A stretch of DNA of 64,000 nt from Myxococcota bacterium (lineage in GTDB: Bacteria; Myxococcota_A; SURF-8; G963663525), in assembly GCA_963676915.2 (NCBI GenBank), contig CAXXVK010000014.1, positions 1-64,000 of the forward strand, written 5' to 3'. This document shows positions 19,552 to 29,685 of the stretch, in pieces (position 1 is the first letter of the stretch; every line of letters starts with the position of its first letter). The notes below the pieces were generated by a model that ran no database searches, was not told the origin of the DNA, and was given only the letters and a program-made list of their open reading frames with translations. A program made the translations under genes and the position numbers.

Positions 19552-20460
19552 TTATTCTTGAGGAGCTTCGACAAACAGGCCATCCGCCTGTGCCATCTGG
19601 TTTTCACAGGTATAGGTTTCGTCATCATCCAGTGCACCGATGCGCCGTAGCCAATAGCGGCTGGCACCGTCGATGGGAAAAACTTCGGCTGTTCTGTTTA
19701 CGGTCGAGATGGCTGCGCCCAGTGGAGAATCTTCGGAGGTGAATTCAAGTGAACCGGTCAGCCATTGGCCATCGTCGCTTAGGTCTGCTTTGGCGTATGT
19801 GGTAATCTGGCGACGGGCCATATAGCGCACTCCCATTCCATCGACTTCCAGACTGACACCGGGGTTGCCGTCTTCGTCTTGGTCGTCGGCGTTGGCAAGA
19901 TCGTTTTCTGTGGGAAGTGTCATGGTTTTCGGATCGCCAGCCGATTCTTTAACACCCCACAACCAAACGATTTCCCCCGGCTCCAACGAGGTTTCGCTGC
20001 CATCTAGCTCAGCTTCCCAACCTGGAATTTTCCCTTCTGTATCTGCAGGAGTGTGGTTTTTACCTGTTGTATCTTCCTCTGTGCGGCTTTCGTCTTTGTA
20101 GGGAACTCCTTTGTAATGGCAAAAGTCCGCTTGCATGGTGGAACCATCTTCGGAAATGGTAACGAGATAGTACAATGTTTGGACGAGGACGATCTCGTCA
20201 ATCAAGAATGTGGCGTTACCGACAAGTTCTTCTTTCATCAGCCAGACACCGCTTGTGGTATCGCCGGAGACTTCCATTTCAATGGCTTCGATCTCTTCTT
20301 CGGCTTCTTCGTCACCATCTTCCAGATACCGATTTTTTAGAATTTCGAGACCATCGGATTCCCAATCACAGGCAGAAAGACCCAATAGCGAGAAAAGAAG
20401 AATCGAGAACGTCAAGTAGCGGCAAAAAACGGATGTGGATGTGATGATGTTCATGTTCAA
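19552..20460 (-). CDS. Hypothetical lipoprotein
   Basis: Lipobox LSAC, acidic tether DGDEEAEEE and a Ca-binding-like loop DQDEDGNPG. Confidence 0.6.
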   Translation of the reverse strand: MNMNIITSTSVFCRYLTFSILLFSLLGLSACDWESDGLEILKNRYLEDGDEEAEEEIEAIEMEVSGDTTSGVWLMKEELVGNATFLIDEIVLVQTLYYLVTISEDGSTMQADFCHYKGVPYKDESRTEEDTTGKNHTPADTEGKIPGWEAELDGSETSLEPGEIVWLWGVKESAGDPKTMTLPTENDLANADDQDEDGNPGVSLEVDGMGVRYMARRQITTYAKADLSDDGQWLTGSLEFTSEDSPLGAAISTVNRTAEVFPIDGASRYWLRRIGALDDDETYTCENQMAQADGLFVEAPQE

Positions 20461-20742
20461 TACTCAAGCGTGGGAAAGAGAAACGAATCGACCCCAAAAG
20501 GGCGAAAGAAAAGACTTGTCGAACGACGCAGGATGATGAAATTACCCTACACCAATCTGTTTTTTCCTGCCAGTTTTTTCCTTTCTCGTCCAAGTAAAGA
20601 CATAACTTGTGAAAACAACTCATTCTCTGCTAGAATCCCCGCGGAAAAATTACGACCCTATTTTCGTCATTTCAACACGTCGAACGAACGTATCCCGTTG
20701 GGTTTGAAAAGCGGATCATCTTTCGCGCTTCGGAGGAAAATT

Positions 20743-23040
20743 ATGCGTGTGACTTGCGATCAATGCCAGGCTCAATATGAAATGGACCCACAACAGATTC
20801 CCCCGGAAGGTATCAACCTGCAATGCCAGCAGTGCGGAAATATCTTTATCGCCCGGCGTCCGCTTCAACCGGTCGCGATTCCGCAAACTACCACTTGGTA
20901 TCTGAAAAAAACGGACGGTCAGGTCTACAACTGCGAAAGCTTCGCCACGTTGCAACGGTGGATTCGGGAAGATAAAGCTCACCGGGAAGATCAGGTGTCG
21001 AACAACGCCAAAACCTGGATCGGCTTGGAGACCGTCTCCGGTTTGAAAAAAGTGGTGGATGAAACCGAGACGCGCAAGGAGATGGAACGCCAGATCGAAG
21101 CTGAGCAAGCGCAAGTTCCTAAAATGACAATGGAATACAACGCCTTGCCGCAACAGTTTTCCACATCTGAAAGCCAACCGCTGCCGCAAGTTCAGCAACC
21201 GACACAACCCACGACACCGCAAATGACCGCCGAGATGGGTGCAGTCATGCCGGAGTCCACAGGTGGCACGCCTCAAATGACCCAGGGGCAGCAACCTACA
21301 ACACCGCAGATGACGGCCGAAATGGGCGCTGTCATGCCGGAATCCACAGGTGGCACGCCTCAAATGACCCAGGGGCAGCAACCTACAACACCGCAGATGA
21401 CGGCCGAAATGGGCGCTGTCATGCCGGAATCCACAGGTGCCACCGCGCAAATAGCACAAGGTCAGCAGCCTACGACACCGCAGATGACCGCCGAGATGGG
21501 TGCTGTTGTACCGGAATCCGCCGGTGCCTCACCTCAAATGACACAGGGGCAGCAACCCACGACACCGCAAATGACGGCCGAAATGGGTGCAGCAATACCG
21601 GACTCTGGACCCGTTGCGGGAGCTACCGGACAAACGGAAGCCGTAACGTCTTCCACGGGCGCGACTCCGGTTGCCCAGCCTCAGCAAGCTTCCGTAGAGG
21701 TTGCTCCTCCAAAAACAGCCCGCAAAGAGCCGGAGTTCGAGCCGCAGATGCGTCACAAGACGAACGAAGAGTTGTTGGCCGAAGAACTGGAGCGGGAAGC
21801 CCAGCGTAAAGGGCGTAGAAATCGCAACATCCTGTTTTTCTTCCTGTTTCTCGTTGTCTTGGGAATTGCTGGGTATGTCGGATATCTGAAATTTACCCAA
21901 CGTCCCGAATTGACGCAAGATCAGAAAAACAGTATCGCCGCCATTCAAAGTATGATCAACCGTTTCGATCAGGATTCCTTGGATAAGGCCATTGCGAAGG
22001 GTGAAAAGTTCCAGACGGCCAATCCCGAACTCCCGGAAGCTATGGCCGTTCATCTTCAGGCTCTTGTCGCTCGAAGCGATTTCGCTTCGATCAAAGTGGA
22101 GCAACTGGAAGCCGAATCCGCTTCTTTGCAGAAAGAATATCAAGCGGCGGAAAAAGAGGAGCAGGCTCGGATCGTCGAAGAACAGCAGGCCATCAAAGAA
22201 GAAGGCACCGCCCTCCAACAGACGATCAACACCATGAGCCAGAAGGCCGGAGAAATTACGCAGAAAGTCTGGGAAGTCGGCCAAACGATTCCTGTCGTAC
22301 AGATCGCCATTGCAGATTATTACCGGCTCGCAGGACCCGACAAGGCCGGCAAAGCTCAGGAACTACTGGACCTGGCGAAGAAAACCCACCAAAACAGCTC
22401 TGAATTCCTGTTCGTGCAAGGTGCGGTTACCGCCACGAACCCGGAGTTGAAACAAGAAGCCATCGATATTCTCAATGACGCCTATGTCAAAGACAGCACG
22501 ATGCTGAAAGCTCAGTTTTTGATTGCTCGTATTCAGATGAGTGCCGGGCAGTACGATAAAGCTACCCAAACTCTGGAAAGCGTACTGAGCAATTATCCCG
22601 ATCACGCTTTGGGACAAGAAATGCTTGGCTATATGGAAAGCCTTTCGATACCGGAAACCATCGTTGAAAACGATGTGAAGAACATGGAAGCCAAGACCAT
22701 CGCCGAATTGGGCAAGAAATTGCTGAAAAAACAACGATTCGACGATGCATTGACGACCTATCAAGCCGGTTTGGAAACCTATCCGGGCGACCCGGAACTA
22801 AACTCGGGACTGGCTTTTGTCTATTTGAATCAAGGGAAATACGACGAAGCGTTGCAAACCTTTGAGAACGTGCTCAAAGACAAGCCTCGTCACAAGAGCA
22901 CGATCATGGGTCTGGCAATGACCTATATGATGATGCAAAACCGCGAAAAAACCGTCGAATACGCTGGAAACTACGTCAAATGGTTCCCGGCCGACGAGTC
23001 CGTCGAAAAAGCCCAGAAGATTTTGGATGCTATGAAATAA
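20743..23040 (+). CDS. Zinc-ribbon (MJ0042)-GYF-repeat linker-TM-TPR protein, GltJ/AgmX-like N-terminus
   Basis: MRVTCDQC...CQQC zinc ribbon, GYF_2-like WYLKKTDGQVY...LQRWI, TM helix and C-terminal TPRs. GGAGG RBS before ATG 20743. Confidence 0.75.
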   Translation: MRVTCDQCQAQYEMDPQQIPPEGINLQCQQCGNIFIARRPLQPVAIPQTTTWYLKKTDGQVYNCESFATLQRWIREDKAHREDQVSNNAKTWIGLETVSGLKKVVDETETRKEMERQIEAEQAQVPKMTMEYNALPQQFSTSESQPLPQVQQPTQPTTPQMTAEMGAVMPESTGGTPQMTQGQQPTTPQMTAEMGAVMPESTGGTPQMTQGQQPTTPQMTAEMGAVMPESTGATAQIAQGQQPTTPQMTAEMGAVVPESAGASPQMTQGQQPTTPQMTAEMGAAIPDSGPVAGATGQTEAVTSSTGATPVAQPQQASVEVAPPKTARKEPEFEPQMRHKTNEELLAEELEREAQRKGRRNRNILFFFLFLVVLGIAGYVGYLKFTQRPELTQDQKNSIAAIQSMINRFDQDSLDKAIAKGEKFQTANPELPEAMAVHLQALVARSDFASIKVEQLEAESASLQKEYQAAEKEEQARIVEEQQAIKEEGTALQQTINTMSQKAGEITQKVWEVGQTIPVVQIAIADYYRLAGPDKAGKAQELLDLAKKTHQNSSEFLFVQGAVTATNPELKQEAIDILNDAYVKDSTMLKAQFLIARIQMSAGQYDKATQTLESVLSNYPDHALGQEMLGYMESLSIPETIVENDVKNMEAKTIAELGKKLLKKQRFDDALTTYQAGLETYPGDPELNSGLAFVYLNQGKYDEALQTFENVLKDKPRHKSTIMGLAMTYMMMQNREKTVEYAGNYVKWFPADESVEKAQKILDAMK
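21202..21610 (+). repeat. In-frame 87-bp (29-aa) tandem repeat, about 4.7 copies
   Basis: QQPTTPQMTAEMGAVMPESTGGTPQMTQG-type units start at 21202, 21289, 21376, 21463 and 21550. Confidence 0.9.
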
Positions 23041-23135
23041 GCTCGGATTCGCACGTCTCGTTCGTTGCACTGGGGAGCCGAAGAGGTTTGCCCGTGAAAC
23101 GATAAGACCCGTCCGAGAAAGGGAAACGTACAAGC

Positions 23136-24443
23136 ATGAGTGACCAAGCCACGATCCCACAAAAGGGCGGCCACCCCAAAGGACTGTATCTGTTATTCGG
23201 CGTCGAAGCCTGGGAGCGTTTCAGTTACTACGGAATGCGTTCGCTACTCGTGCTTTACATGGTCAAAGTGCTTGAATTCTCTACCGAAACCGCCGGATCG
23301 GTGTATGGCTGGTATACGGGGCTGGTTTACCTTACGCCGTTGGTGGGTGGATATCTGGCCGACCGCTATATCGGTGCGCGACGCTGCATTTTCATCGGTG
23401 GATTGCTGATGGCGGCGGGTCACTTCGCCATGGCGTTTCCACCGTTGCCGTTTTTCTTCAGTGCATTGGTGCTGTTGATTCTAGGGAACGGATTTTTCAA
23501 GCCCAATATTTCAACGGTCGTCGGTCAGTTGTACGAAAAAAACGATCCACGCCGTGATGGCGGGTTCACGATTTTCTACATGGGTATTAACCTGGGAGCG
23601 TTTTTCTCGCCGCTCGTCTGTGGATACCTTGGAGAAAAAGTGGATTGGCACTTCGGTTTTGGTGCTGCAGGTGTCGGCATGTTGCTGGGATTGGCGATGT
23701 ATTCCTGGGGTCAAAAGCGCTTCCTGGGGGATAAAGGACTGAAACCCACACGCAAACCCGAAGTCGGTAAAAAAGACGAACCTCTGACCCGAGAGGAAAA
23801 ACATCGGATCGCGGTAATTTTCATCCTGGCGTTTTTCGTGATTTTCTTCTGGGCCTCGTTCGAACAGGCTGGAAGTTCGTTGACTCTGTTTGCCGACCGT
23901 CAGACGGACCGCATGATTCCCTTCCTCAATTGGGAATTTCCAACAAGCTGGTTCCAGTCGGTGAATCCATTGATGATTTTCCTGATTGCGCCGCTGTTTT
24001 CGAGAATGTGGATCGATCTGGCCACGGCAGGACGTGACCCGTCCACGCCGATGAAGTTCGTCCTCGGACTGGGACTGCTCTGCATCGGATTTATCGTAAT
24101 GATCGCCGCCGCTGCGATGTACTACGAAACCGGTAAACCGGTGACCATGCTGTTTTTATTGGGATCTTACGCTTTACAGACACTAGGTGAACTTTGTCTG
24201 TCTCCGGTGGGATTGTCGATGGTGACGAAGCTTTCGCCCATCCGATTCGGATCGATGCTCATGGGGACGTGGTTCCTCTCCAGCGCGTTGGCCAATCTGG
24301 TCGGGGGGCTATTCGCTGGGGAATACGATTCGATGAATCACGTCCTGTTTTTCACGATTCCTGCGGCTACCTCCGGTGGCGCTGCATTGATTCTGCTGCT
24401 GTTGATCAAACCTCTGAAGAAGATGATGCACGGAATTCATTAA
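23136..24443 (+). CDS. Proton-dependent oligopeptide transporter (POT/PTR, MFS)
   Basis: Motifs EAWERFSYYG, GGYLADRYIG, GNGFFKPNIS, FYMGINLG and GELCLSPVGLS. Confidence 0.93.
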   Translation: MSDQATIPQKGGHPKGLYLLFGVEAWERFSYYGMRSLLVLYMVKVLEFSTETAGSVYGWYTGLVYLTPLVGGYLADRYIGARRCIFIGGLLMAAGHFAMAFPPLPFFFSALVLLILGNGFFKPNISTVVGQLYEKNDPRRDGGFTIFYMGINLGAFFSPLVCGYLGEKVDWHFGFGAAGVGMLLGLAMYSWGQKRFLGDKGLKPTRKPEVGKKDEPLTREEKHRIAVIFILAFFVIFFWASFEQAGSSLTLFADRQTDRMIPFLNWEFPTSWFQSVNPLMIFLIAPLFSRMWIDLATAGRDPSTPMKFVLGLGLLCIGFIVMIAAAAMYYETGKPVTMLFLLGSYALQTLGELCLSPVGLSMVTKLSPIRFGSMLMGTWFLSSALANLVGGLFAGEYDSMNHVLFFTIPAATSGGAALILLLLIKPLKKMMHGIH

Positions 24444-24467
24444 AGTGGTTTCTCAATAGGTCGTGCA

Positions 24468-25391
24468 ATGTTTGAAACGATAGGTAAACGAATTCTCCAA
24501 TTGACCGAGTTCGATACCATTCAGATTTCTAAAAATTGCCCACGGGGTTGCAGGGATTGCAGCCAAAGTCCTACATACAATTACAGCATTATGCCTTTGG
24601 AAACGTTTGAAAGAGCTGTTGAAAAGGTTCTTGAACTTGAAGGAGAAATTAAAAAGGAACTGTTTACCCGCTACGTGCTGACTTCTACGGATTCCGATCC
24701 ATTTTTTCATCCGAAACTCTACGATATTCTAAAATGTTTCAAAGAAATGACCGGCAAACGGTTCTATCTGTTGACCTCCGGTTGGTTTCTTCATGAAAAT
24801 CAGAACAGAAAATCGAATATTCTTACAGCAGCGAACGTAAAAAAATGGCAGGAAAACGCCGAAGCCATCGCTGCCGATCCCGAAGTGATCGAGTCGTTGA
24901 CGATTACTGTAAAAGCGTCTCCTACAAATCCGCAAACAGTGGAAGAGACAGAGGATATTCTCGTTAACACTATCCGTACTTTCCGTTCGTTTCCTTACGG
25001 AAAATTGATGCTTACTCCCCAGTATGTTCCTGGTCCTTTAGAAAACTTGAAAGAAAATTCTATCTTTACCGCTTCGTTTCTTCAGGAATTTGTAGACCGT
25101 ATCCTCGACCGTGTAGGAGGGGGTATTCGTGAAAAACTTACTGGAAAAATCTTTTACCGACCTATTGTCGGTTTAGGAGGAGCAGTACATAACTTAGGCT
25201 TATCGCCGGCTACACCGTTTGATTACCGCGTCGAGGCGGAACAACCGCCGCCACCCATAACAACACCCGAAAACGAAATTGAAAGACCGTTTTCGGGGAT
25301 GATCGCCATCAATGGTAAATTGAAGATTTTAGAGGCTCCGCGCGCTCGCCTTTACCGAGATATTTCCAAGTACCATCCATTGGGTGTGTAG
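24468..25391 (+). CDS. Divergent radical SAM protein
   Basis: N-terminal CPRGCRDC (CxxxCxxC), DSDP in the GGEP position and LLTSG. Confidence 0.6.
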   Translation: MFETIGKRILQLTEFDTIQISKNCPRGCRDCSQSPTYNYSIMPLETFERAVEKVLELEGEIKKELFTRYVLTSTDSDPFFHPKLYDILKCFKEMTGKRFYLLTSGWFLHENQNRKSNILTAANVKKWQENAEAIAADPEVIESLTITVKASPTNPQTVEETEDILVNTIRTFRSFPYGKLMLTPQYVPGPLENLKENSIFTASFLQEFVDRILDRVGGGIREKLTGKIFYRPIVGLGGAVHNLGLSPATPFDYRVEAEQPPPPITTPENEIERPFSGMIAINGKLKILEAPRARLYRDISKYHPLGV

Positions 25392-25398
25392 TTTTCGA

Positions 25399-26835
25399 TC
25401 AGTCTTCCTTTTCCAGTCGTTCCAGCAAAAGAGCTTGAATTTCCTCGGGATTTCCCTTGCCTTCCAGTCGTTGCATGACTTGACCGACAAAGAAGTTCAT
25501 CAATTGTTTTTTGCCTTGGCGATAGCTGGTCACTTCATCGGTAAACGACTGTGTGACGGCGAAAACGGTGGTGCGGATGTGGTCTGAATCCTCGACGATA
25601 TAAAGTTCCTCTTTTTCGGCAATGACCAGCGGGTCTCGGCCTTCATCGAGAGAACGGGTGATCGCTTTTTCCACGGTTCGGCGCGAAAATCGTTTTTCCT
25701 CAATACCTAGAATCAACTCGGCCAGACTTCCCGCTCGAAACGGTCCGCCCGGCAAAAAGGCATGTCCTCGTTCACGAAGTTTGCCCAAAATCTCGTTGTT
25801 GACCCAATTGGCTGCCGCTTTGGCGGGAGCGCCTTCTTCCACTACGGCATCGAACCACCGCGCTCGCTCCGTTTCGGCTAGCAGCGTGGACGCCATCGCC
25901 GGATCAAGCTGTAAGTCCTCGATATATCGCTTGAATTTTTCCCAAGGCAGTTCGGGAGGTTCTTCACCGATGGCTTCCTGGATAAATTCCTCATCGATTT
26001 TCAAAGGCGGAAGATCAGGATCTGGAAAATAGCGGTAATCGGGAAGATTTTCTTTGGAGCGCATTGGAACGGTGCGACCGGTTTCCGGGTTCCAATGGAG
26101 TGTAAGTTGTTCTCGCTCGTCACTTTTTAATTCACTTTGACGGTGTATTTCGTACTCGATGGATTTTCGAATGGCCTGAAAAGAGTTGAGATTTTTGATC
26201 TCCGTACGGACTCCGGGGTGATCCTCTTCGTTTTGGCGAATCGAGACATTCACATCGCAACGCATGGCGCCTTTTTCCAGGTCGCCACTGCCGATTTCCA
26301 GAACCCGAATCAATCTCTGAACGAGCGTCACATACAAGGCTGCATCGGTGGCGGAGTGGATATCGGGACGACTGACCATCTCCACAAGCGGCATTCCGCT
26401 GCGGTTGTAATCGATCAGACTGTAATCCGCTCCTTCAGGATGCACCGAACGTCCGGTATCTTCCTCGATATGGATGCGTTCAATCCCCACATCGAATCGG
26501 CTACCGTCTTTACGATAAACCGGAAGCTTCCCTCCACGAGCCAAAGGCTCATTTTGTTGAGTAATCTGGTAGCCTTTGACGAGATCCGGGTAAAAATAGT
26601 TTTTCCGGTCAAAAAGGCTTGTCAGGGATATTTCCGCTCCAATGGCATGGGCAAGACGCACGGCGAAAATCACTGCGCTTCGGTTCAGCTTCGGCAATGC
26701 TCCAGGAAGACCAAGGCAGACCGGACAAACCAGCGAATTGGGCTCTTTGCCGAAAATGTCCGTTGAACATGGGCAAAACAACTTGCTTTTCGTTGCGAGT
26801 TGGATGTGAATTTCGATCCCAATCGAGGGTGTCAC
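25399..26835 (-). CDS. gatB: Asp-tRNA(Asn)/Glu-tRNA(Gln) amidotransferase subunit B
   Basis: Motifs IGIEIHIQL.TKSKLFC, RKNYFYPDL.KGYQITQ, EEDTG, RCDVNVS, EIKNLNS and YRYFPDPDL. Confidence 0.95.
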   Translation of the reverse strand: MTPSIGIEIHIQLATKSKLFCPCSTDIFGKEPNSLVCPVCLGLPGALPKLNRSAVIFAVRLAHAIGAEISLTSLFDRKNYFYPDLVKGYQITQQNEPLARGGKLPVYRKDGSRFDVGIERIHIEEDTGRSVHPEGADYSLIDYNRSGMPLVEMVSRPDIHSATDAALYVTLVQRLIRVLEIGSGDLEKGAMRCDVNVSIRQNEEDHPGVRTEIKNLNSFQAIRKSIEYEIHRQSELKSDEREQLTLHWNPETGRTVPMRSKENLPDYRYFPDPDLPPLKIDEEFIQEAIGEEPPELPWEKFKRYIEDLQLDPAMASTLLAETERARWFDAVVEEGAPAKAAANWVNNEILGKLRERGHAFLPGGPFRAGSLAELILGIEEKRFSRRTVEKAITRSLDEGRDPLVIAEKEELYIVEDSDHIRTTVFAVTQSFTDEVTSYRQGKKQLMNFFVGQVMQRLEGKGNPEEIQALLLERLEKED

Positions 26836-26898
26836 GAGGCAAAGCCTTTCTTTTAGCAGACCCGACGAAACCGTTTGGCAATTCCTCCGAATTCTTAA

Positions 26899-29541
26899 TT
26901 ATTCAAGGATGTTGGCATAGCGCAAGCCCCAGTAGGGGAGAAGCCAGCACATCGGACCTTGCAGACCTTTGCCGTCTCCACCTTCGATCGCGCTGTAAGG
27001 ATTGCCGTTCCACCAGAAGGCTCTCATTTCGTCGTAGGGAAGAACCTCGGTTAGTTGTTCCTCGTCGAAACGGTCTTTGGAGTCCTGGGTTTTCACATCG
27101 GTCCGTTTCAGGTTGTCGAAATACCATTTTCGGTTATCCATCGGCATTTCACGCAACGTGCGAATCGCGCCGTCTATTTCCGTTTCTCCAACCAACTCCG
27201 ATCCTGCCGCCAGCGAGACGATGGCCGCCCAGAGCGGGTTTCGTTCGGGCTTTTCGTACTCGTAGAAGAATTTCAGTGAATCGATCCAGAGATCCCGTCG
27301 TTCATCGTTGGGTTCGTAGCGAATCAGTGTGGCATAGGCCAGCATCGCCAATTCGTGATCCGAATGGTTTTTGATTCCCGGAGTCGTGACCGTATAGGCA
27401 TTGTAAACGCCCAGTACTACTTCGTCGTAACGATGCTCTCGAATCAGCAGTTCGTAGGCGTCGTAGAATTTCTTCTCGCCGGTCATATGGTAGGACGAAA
27501 GCAGAAGGCCGAGAATTTCCATGGAGTTCAACCAACCGCCGCCGAATGCAGCGTCGCCACAGGCTTCGATTCTGTCCAGATCCCCATTTACACAAGCATC
27601 CAGACCGTCTACCGCGATAGCCAGGTATTCGGGTGCGAAATGGCCGTGCATGGTTTTCTCACCATCCAGATCGAGCAACAGGAATCCATGACGAAGGATG
27701 TAGTCGGCAAGTGCTCCGGCGTGGTCGGCGACGTTTTGTTTCTCCCCGTTTTCTTCGTTGGCGCAGAAATCGTAGTACAGCGGAAAACCGTAGAAATGGC
27801 CGTCGATTTCGTCGGAAGAGGTGTCGTCTTTCCAGTAATAATTGACGCCTTCATACGTCACAGGATGCCAGTTATCACGCTCCGATTTGTCGGTGTAGAC
27901 ATCGCCTTCGTCATCACGGACGAGCGAACGTGTGATGAATCCGTAGCCGAGATCGGTTTTTTTGAAATCCTCGCCGGGAACGTCGATTTGCAGCAGCATG
28001 TTGCCCATCGCTTTACGGGCTTTCTCGCAGTATTTTTCGTCTCCGGTGGCACCGTAAGCATAAGCCCAGCCGCCGATCATCATTTGTGTCCATAGACCGT
28101 CGTTGTCTTTGTCGTGCAATACGGCGGGGCTTGTCGTGTCCCATGGATCTTCGCGATAGCCATCGGAAGAGACGAAGCCGTCCATACGCCAGAAATCCCG
28201 ATCGAGGATATCTTCAATGATTTCCATCTTGTCCTCAAGCGTCCGCTTGACAAGATCGATGCGCGTGATTCCTTTGGATGTACCGAACCAGCGGGAACCA
28301 TCGGCCCCGAAAGCTACGGCATTGACGTAATTGTCGAGCACCCAACGGCGGGAAATGTAGAAATCCTTGTGTTCCAACGCACGATCCGATGGAGAGAATC
28401 TAAGGTATGTTGCACCGTATTGATGGCCAAGCAGGATTTCGTTGCCTTGAACATCCATGTCTGTAGCGAAACGGGACGGCAGTTTGCCGAATTCGGCTCC
28501 GAACTGGAAGTTCTCTTCGGGGAGATTCAATCCGTACGAACACGCCACCCAGAGATCCATCTTGGCTCCCGTTCCTCCAAAGCCGAGCACGCGGGCGCGA
28601 TTGTCGCTTAACGTTTCGTTTTCTTTCGTATATTCGGTTGTATCGGTGCCGTTGTAGATTTGAACTCCATTGTCCGTACCGGCGATCAGGTTGCCGTCAA
28701 CCATCAGATCGTTAATGTTTTCGCCCTCGAAGGCCACTTGCACGAAAGCGTCATTCTCCAGCGCCCAAACGCCATTCGATGTTCCCAACCAGATGGTTTC
28801 GACGGCATCTCGGACGGAACCCGGCCAGAACGTTGCTGTCCCGACGGTTACTGCAAACACTTCTTCCCCGATCCACTCGTAGGATTCCAGAGCTTGTGTC
28901 GATGTATTCCACAGAACGATGTTCCAGGTTTTTGAAGGCTCGGAATCCGAGATTTCGGTGTTTTCCGCATCTTCCGTCATTTCCGCTTCGGCTTCGATTT
29001 CTTCTTCGGTCCATTCGGCCGAATCATCGTCTCCGTCTACGGGTGGTTCGTCGCGAGTCGTCGCACCTTGCGTGCCTTCGAATACAGCCACGAGATCTCC
29101 GGCCTGTGTCAGTTTTCTCGACAAGGCCGTTACGGGTTGACTGTCCGTTTGGGTATCGATTTTCTCGAAGCGATCTTCTTCCGGGAGAAAGCGCAGGATT
29201 CCGCTGGCGCTACCGGCGTAAAGAGTCCCATCGATATAGGCCAGCGCCCGGATATCGAGATCGGGAAGGTTTTCGTTTGTACGATAGTAGGTTGTTTCTT
29301 CGTGATCGAACGTTGCATCTGCCCGTGTCGCCGCCGGTTCGCGGACTTCATGGAAAAACGAACTATCTGAATAGCTGTAGGGGAGGATTTCTTCTTCCGA
29401 TTCCGTGACTTCTTCCTGTTCCTGTGTCACGTCCTCGTCACCGAGCGTCTGCGTGTTGGAATCCCCATCGTCACAGGCATATGTAAAAAAGGCCAAAGCC
29501 AAAACCAGAAAAAAACAATGCATGGTGGTTGGTTTACGCAT
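26899..29541 (-). CDS. Large lipoprotein with beta-propeller plus (alpha/alpha) toroid, glycoside-hydrolase-like
   Basis: Start M at 29541 with GGAG RBS. Lipobox TYAC. Propeller repeats (WLGTSNGV, WFGTSKGI). Motifs DNDGLWT and DTSSDEIDGH. Confidence 0.6.
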   Translation of the reverse strand: MRKPTTMHCFFLVLALAFFTYACDDGDSNTQTLGDEDVTQEQEEVTESEEEILPYSYSDSSFFHEVREPAATRADATFDHEETTYYRTNENLPDLDIRALAYIDGTLYAGSASGILRFLPEEDRFEKIDTQTDSQPVTALSRKLTQAGDLVAVFEGTQGATTRDEPPVDGDDDSAEWTEEEIEAEAEMTEDAENTEISDSEPSKTWNIVLWNTSTQALESYEWIGEEVFAVTVGTATFWPGSVRDAVETIWLGTSNGVWALENDAFVQVAFEGENINDLMVDGNLIAGTDNGVQIYNGTDTTEYTKENETLSDNRARVLGFGGTGAKMDLWVACSYGLNLPEENFQFGAEFGKLPSRFATDMDVQGNEILLGHQYGATYLRFSPSDRALEHKDFYISRRWVLDNYVNAVAFGADGSRWFGTSKGITRIDLVKRTLEDKMEIIEDILDRDFWRMDGFVSSDGYREDPWDTTSPAVLHDKDNDGLWTQMMIGGWAYAYGATGDEKYCEKARKAMGNMLLQIDVPGEDFKKTDLGYGFITRSLVRDDEGDVYTDKSERDNWHPVTYEGVNYYWKDDTSSDEIDGHFYGFPLYYDFCANEENGEKQNVADHAGALADYILRHGFLLLDLDGEKTMHGHFAPEYLAIAVDGLDACVNGDLDRIEACGDAAFGGGWLNSMEILGLLLSSYHMTGEKKFYDAYELLIREHRYDEVVLGVYNAYTVTTPGIKNHSDHELAMLAYATLIRYEPNDERRDLWIDSLKFFYEYEKPERNPLWAAIVSLAAGSELVGETEIDGAIRTLREMPMDNRKWYFDNLKRTDVKTQDSKDRFDEEQLTEVLPYDEMRAFWWNGNPYSAIEGGDGKGLQGPMCWLLPYWGLRYANILE

Positions 29542-29685
29542 AAGTTGCTCCAAAATAGAGTTGCGAAAGAGAGTTGAACATGAAACTATCGTGTCAATTT
29601 CGTTAAGAGTAATCTTAAGACCTTTTAAGGTCAAAAAAAACTTGTTGAAAATCGGTGGCATCGTACCTTCATGACACGAGCGAGA

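Noticed and set aside
21202-21610. Tandem repeat considered as a CRISPR array
   Set aside because: There are no unique spacers, the unit is an in-frame 87 bp with synonymous variation, and no cas genes are present.
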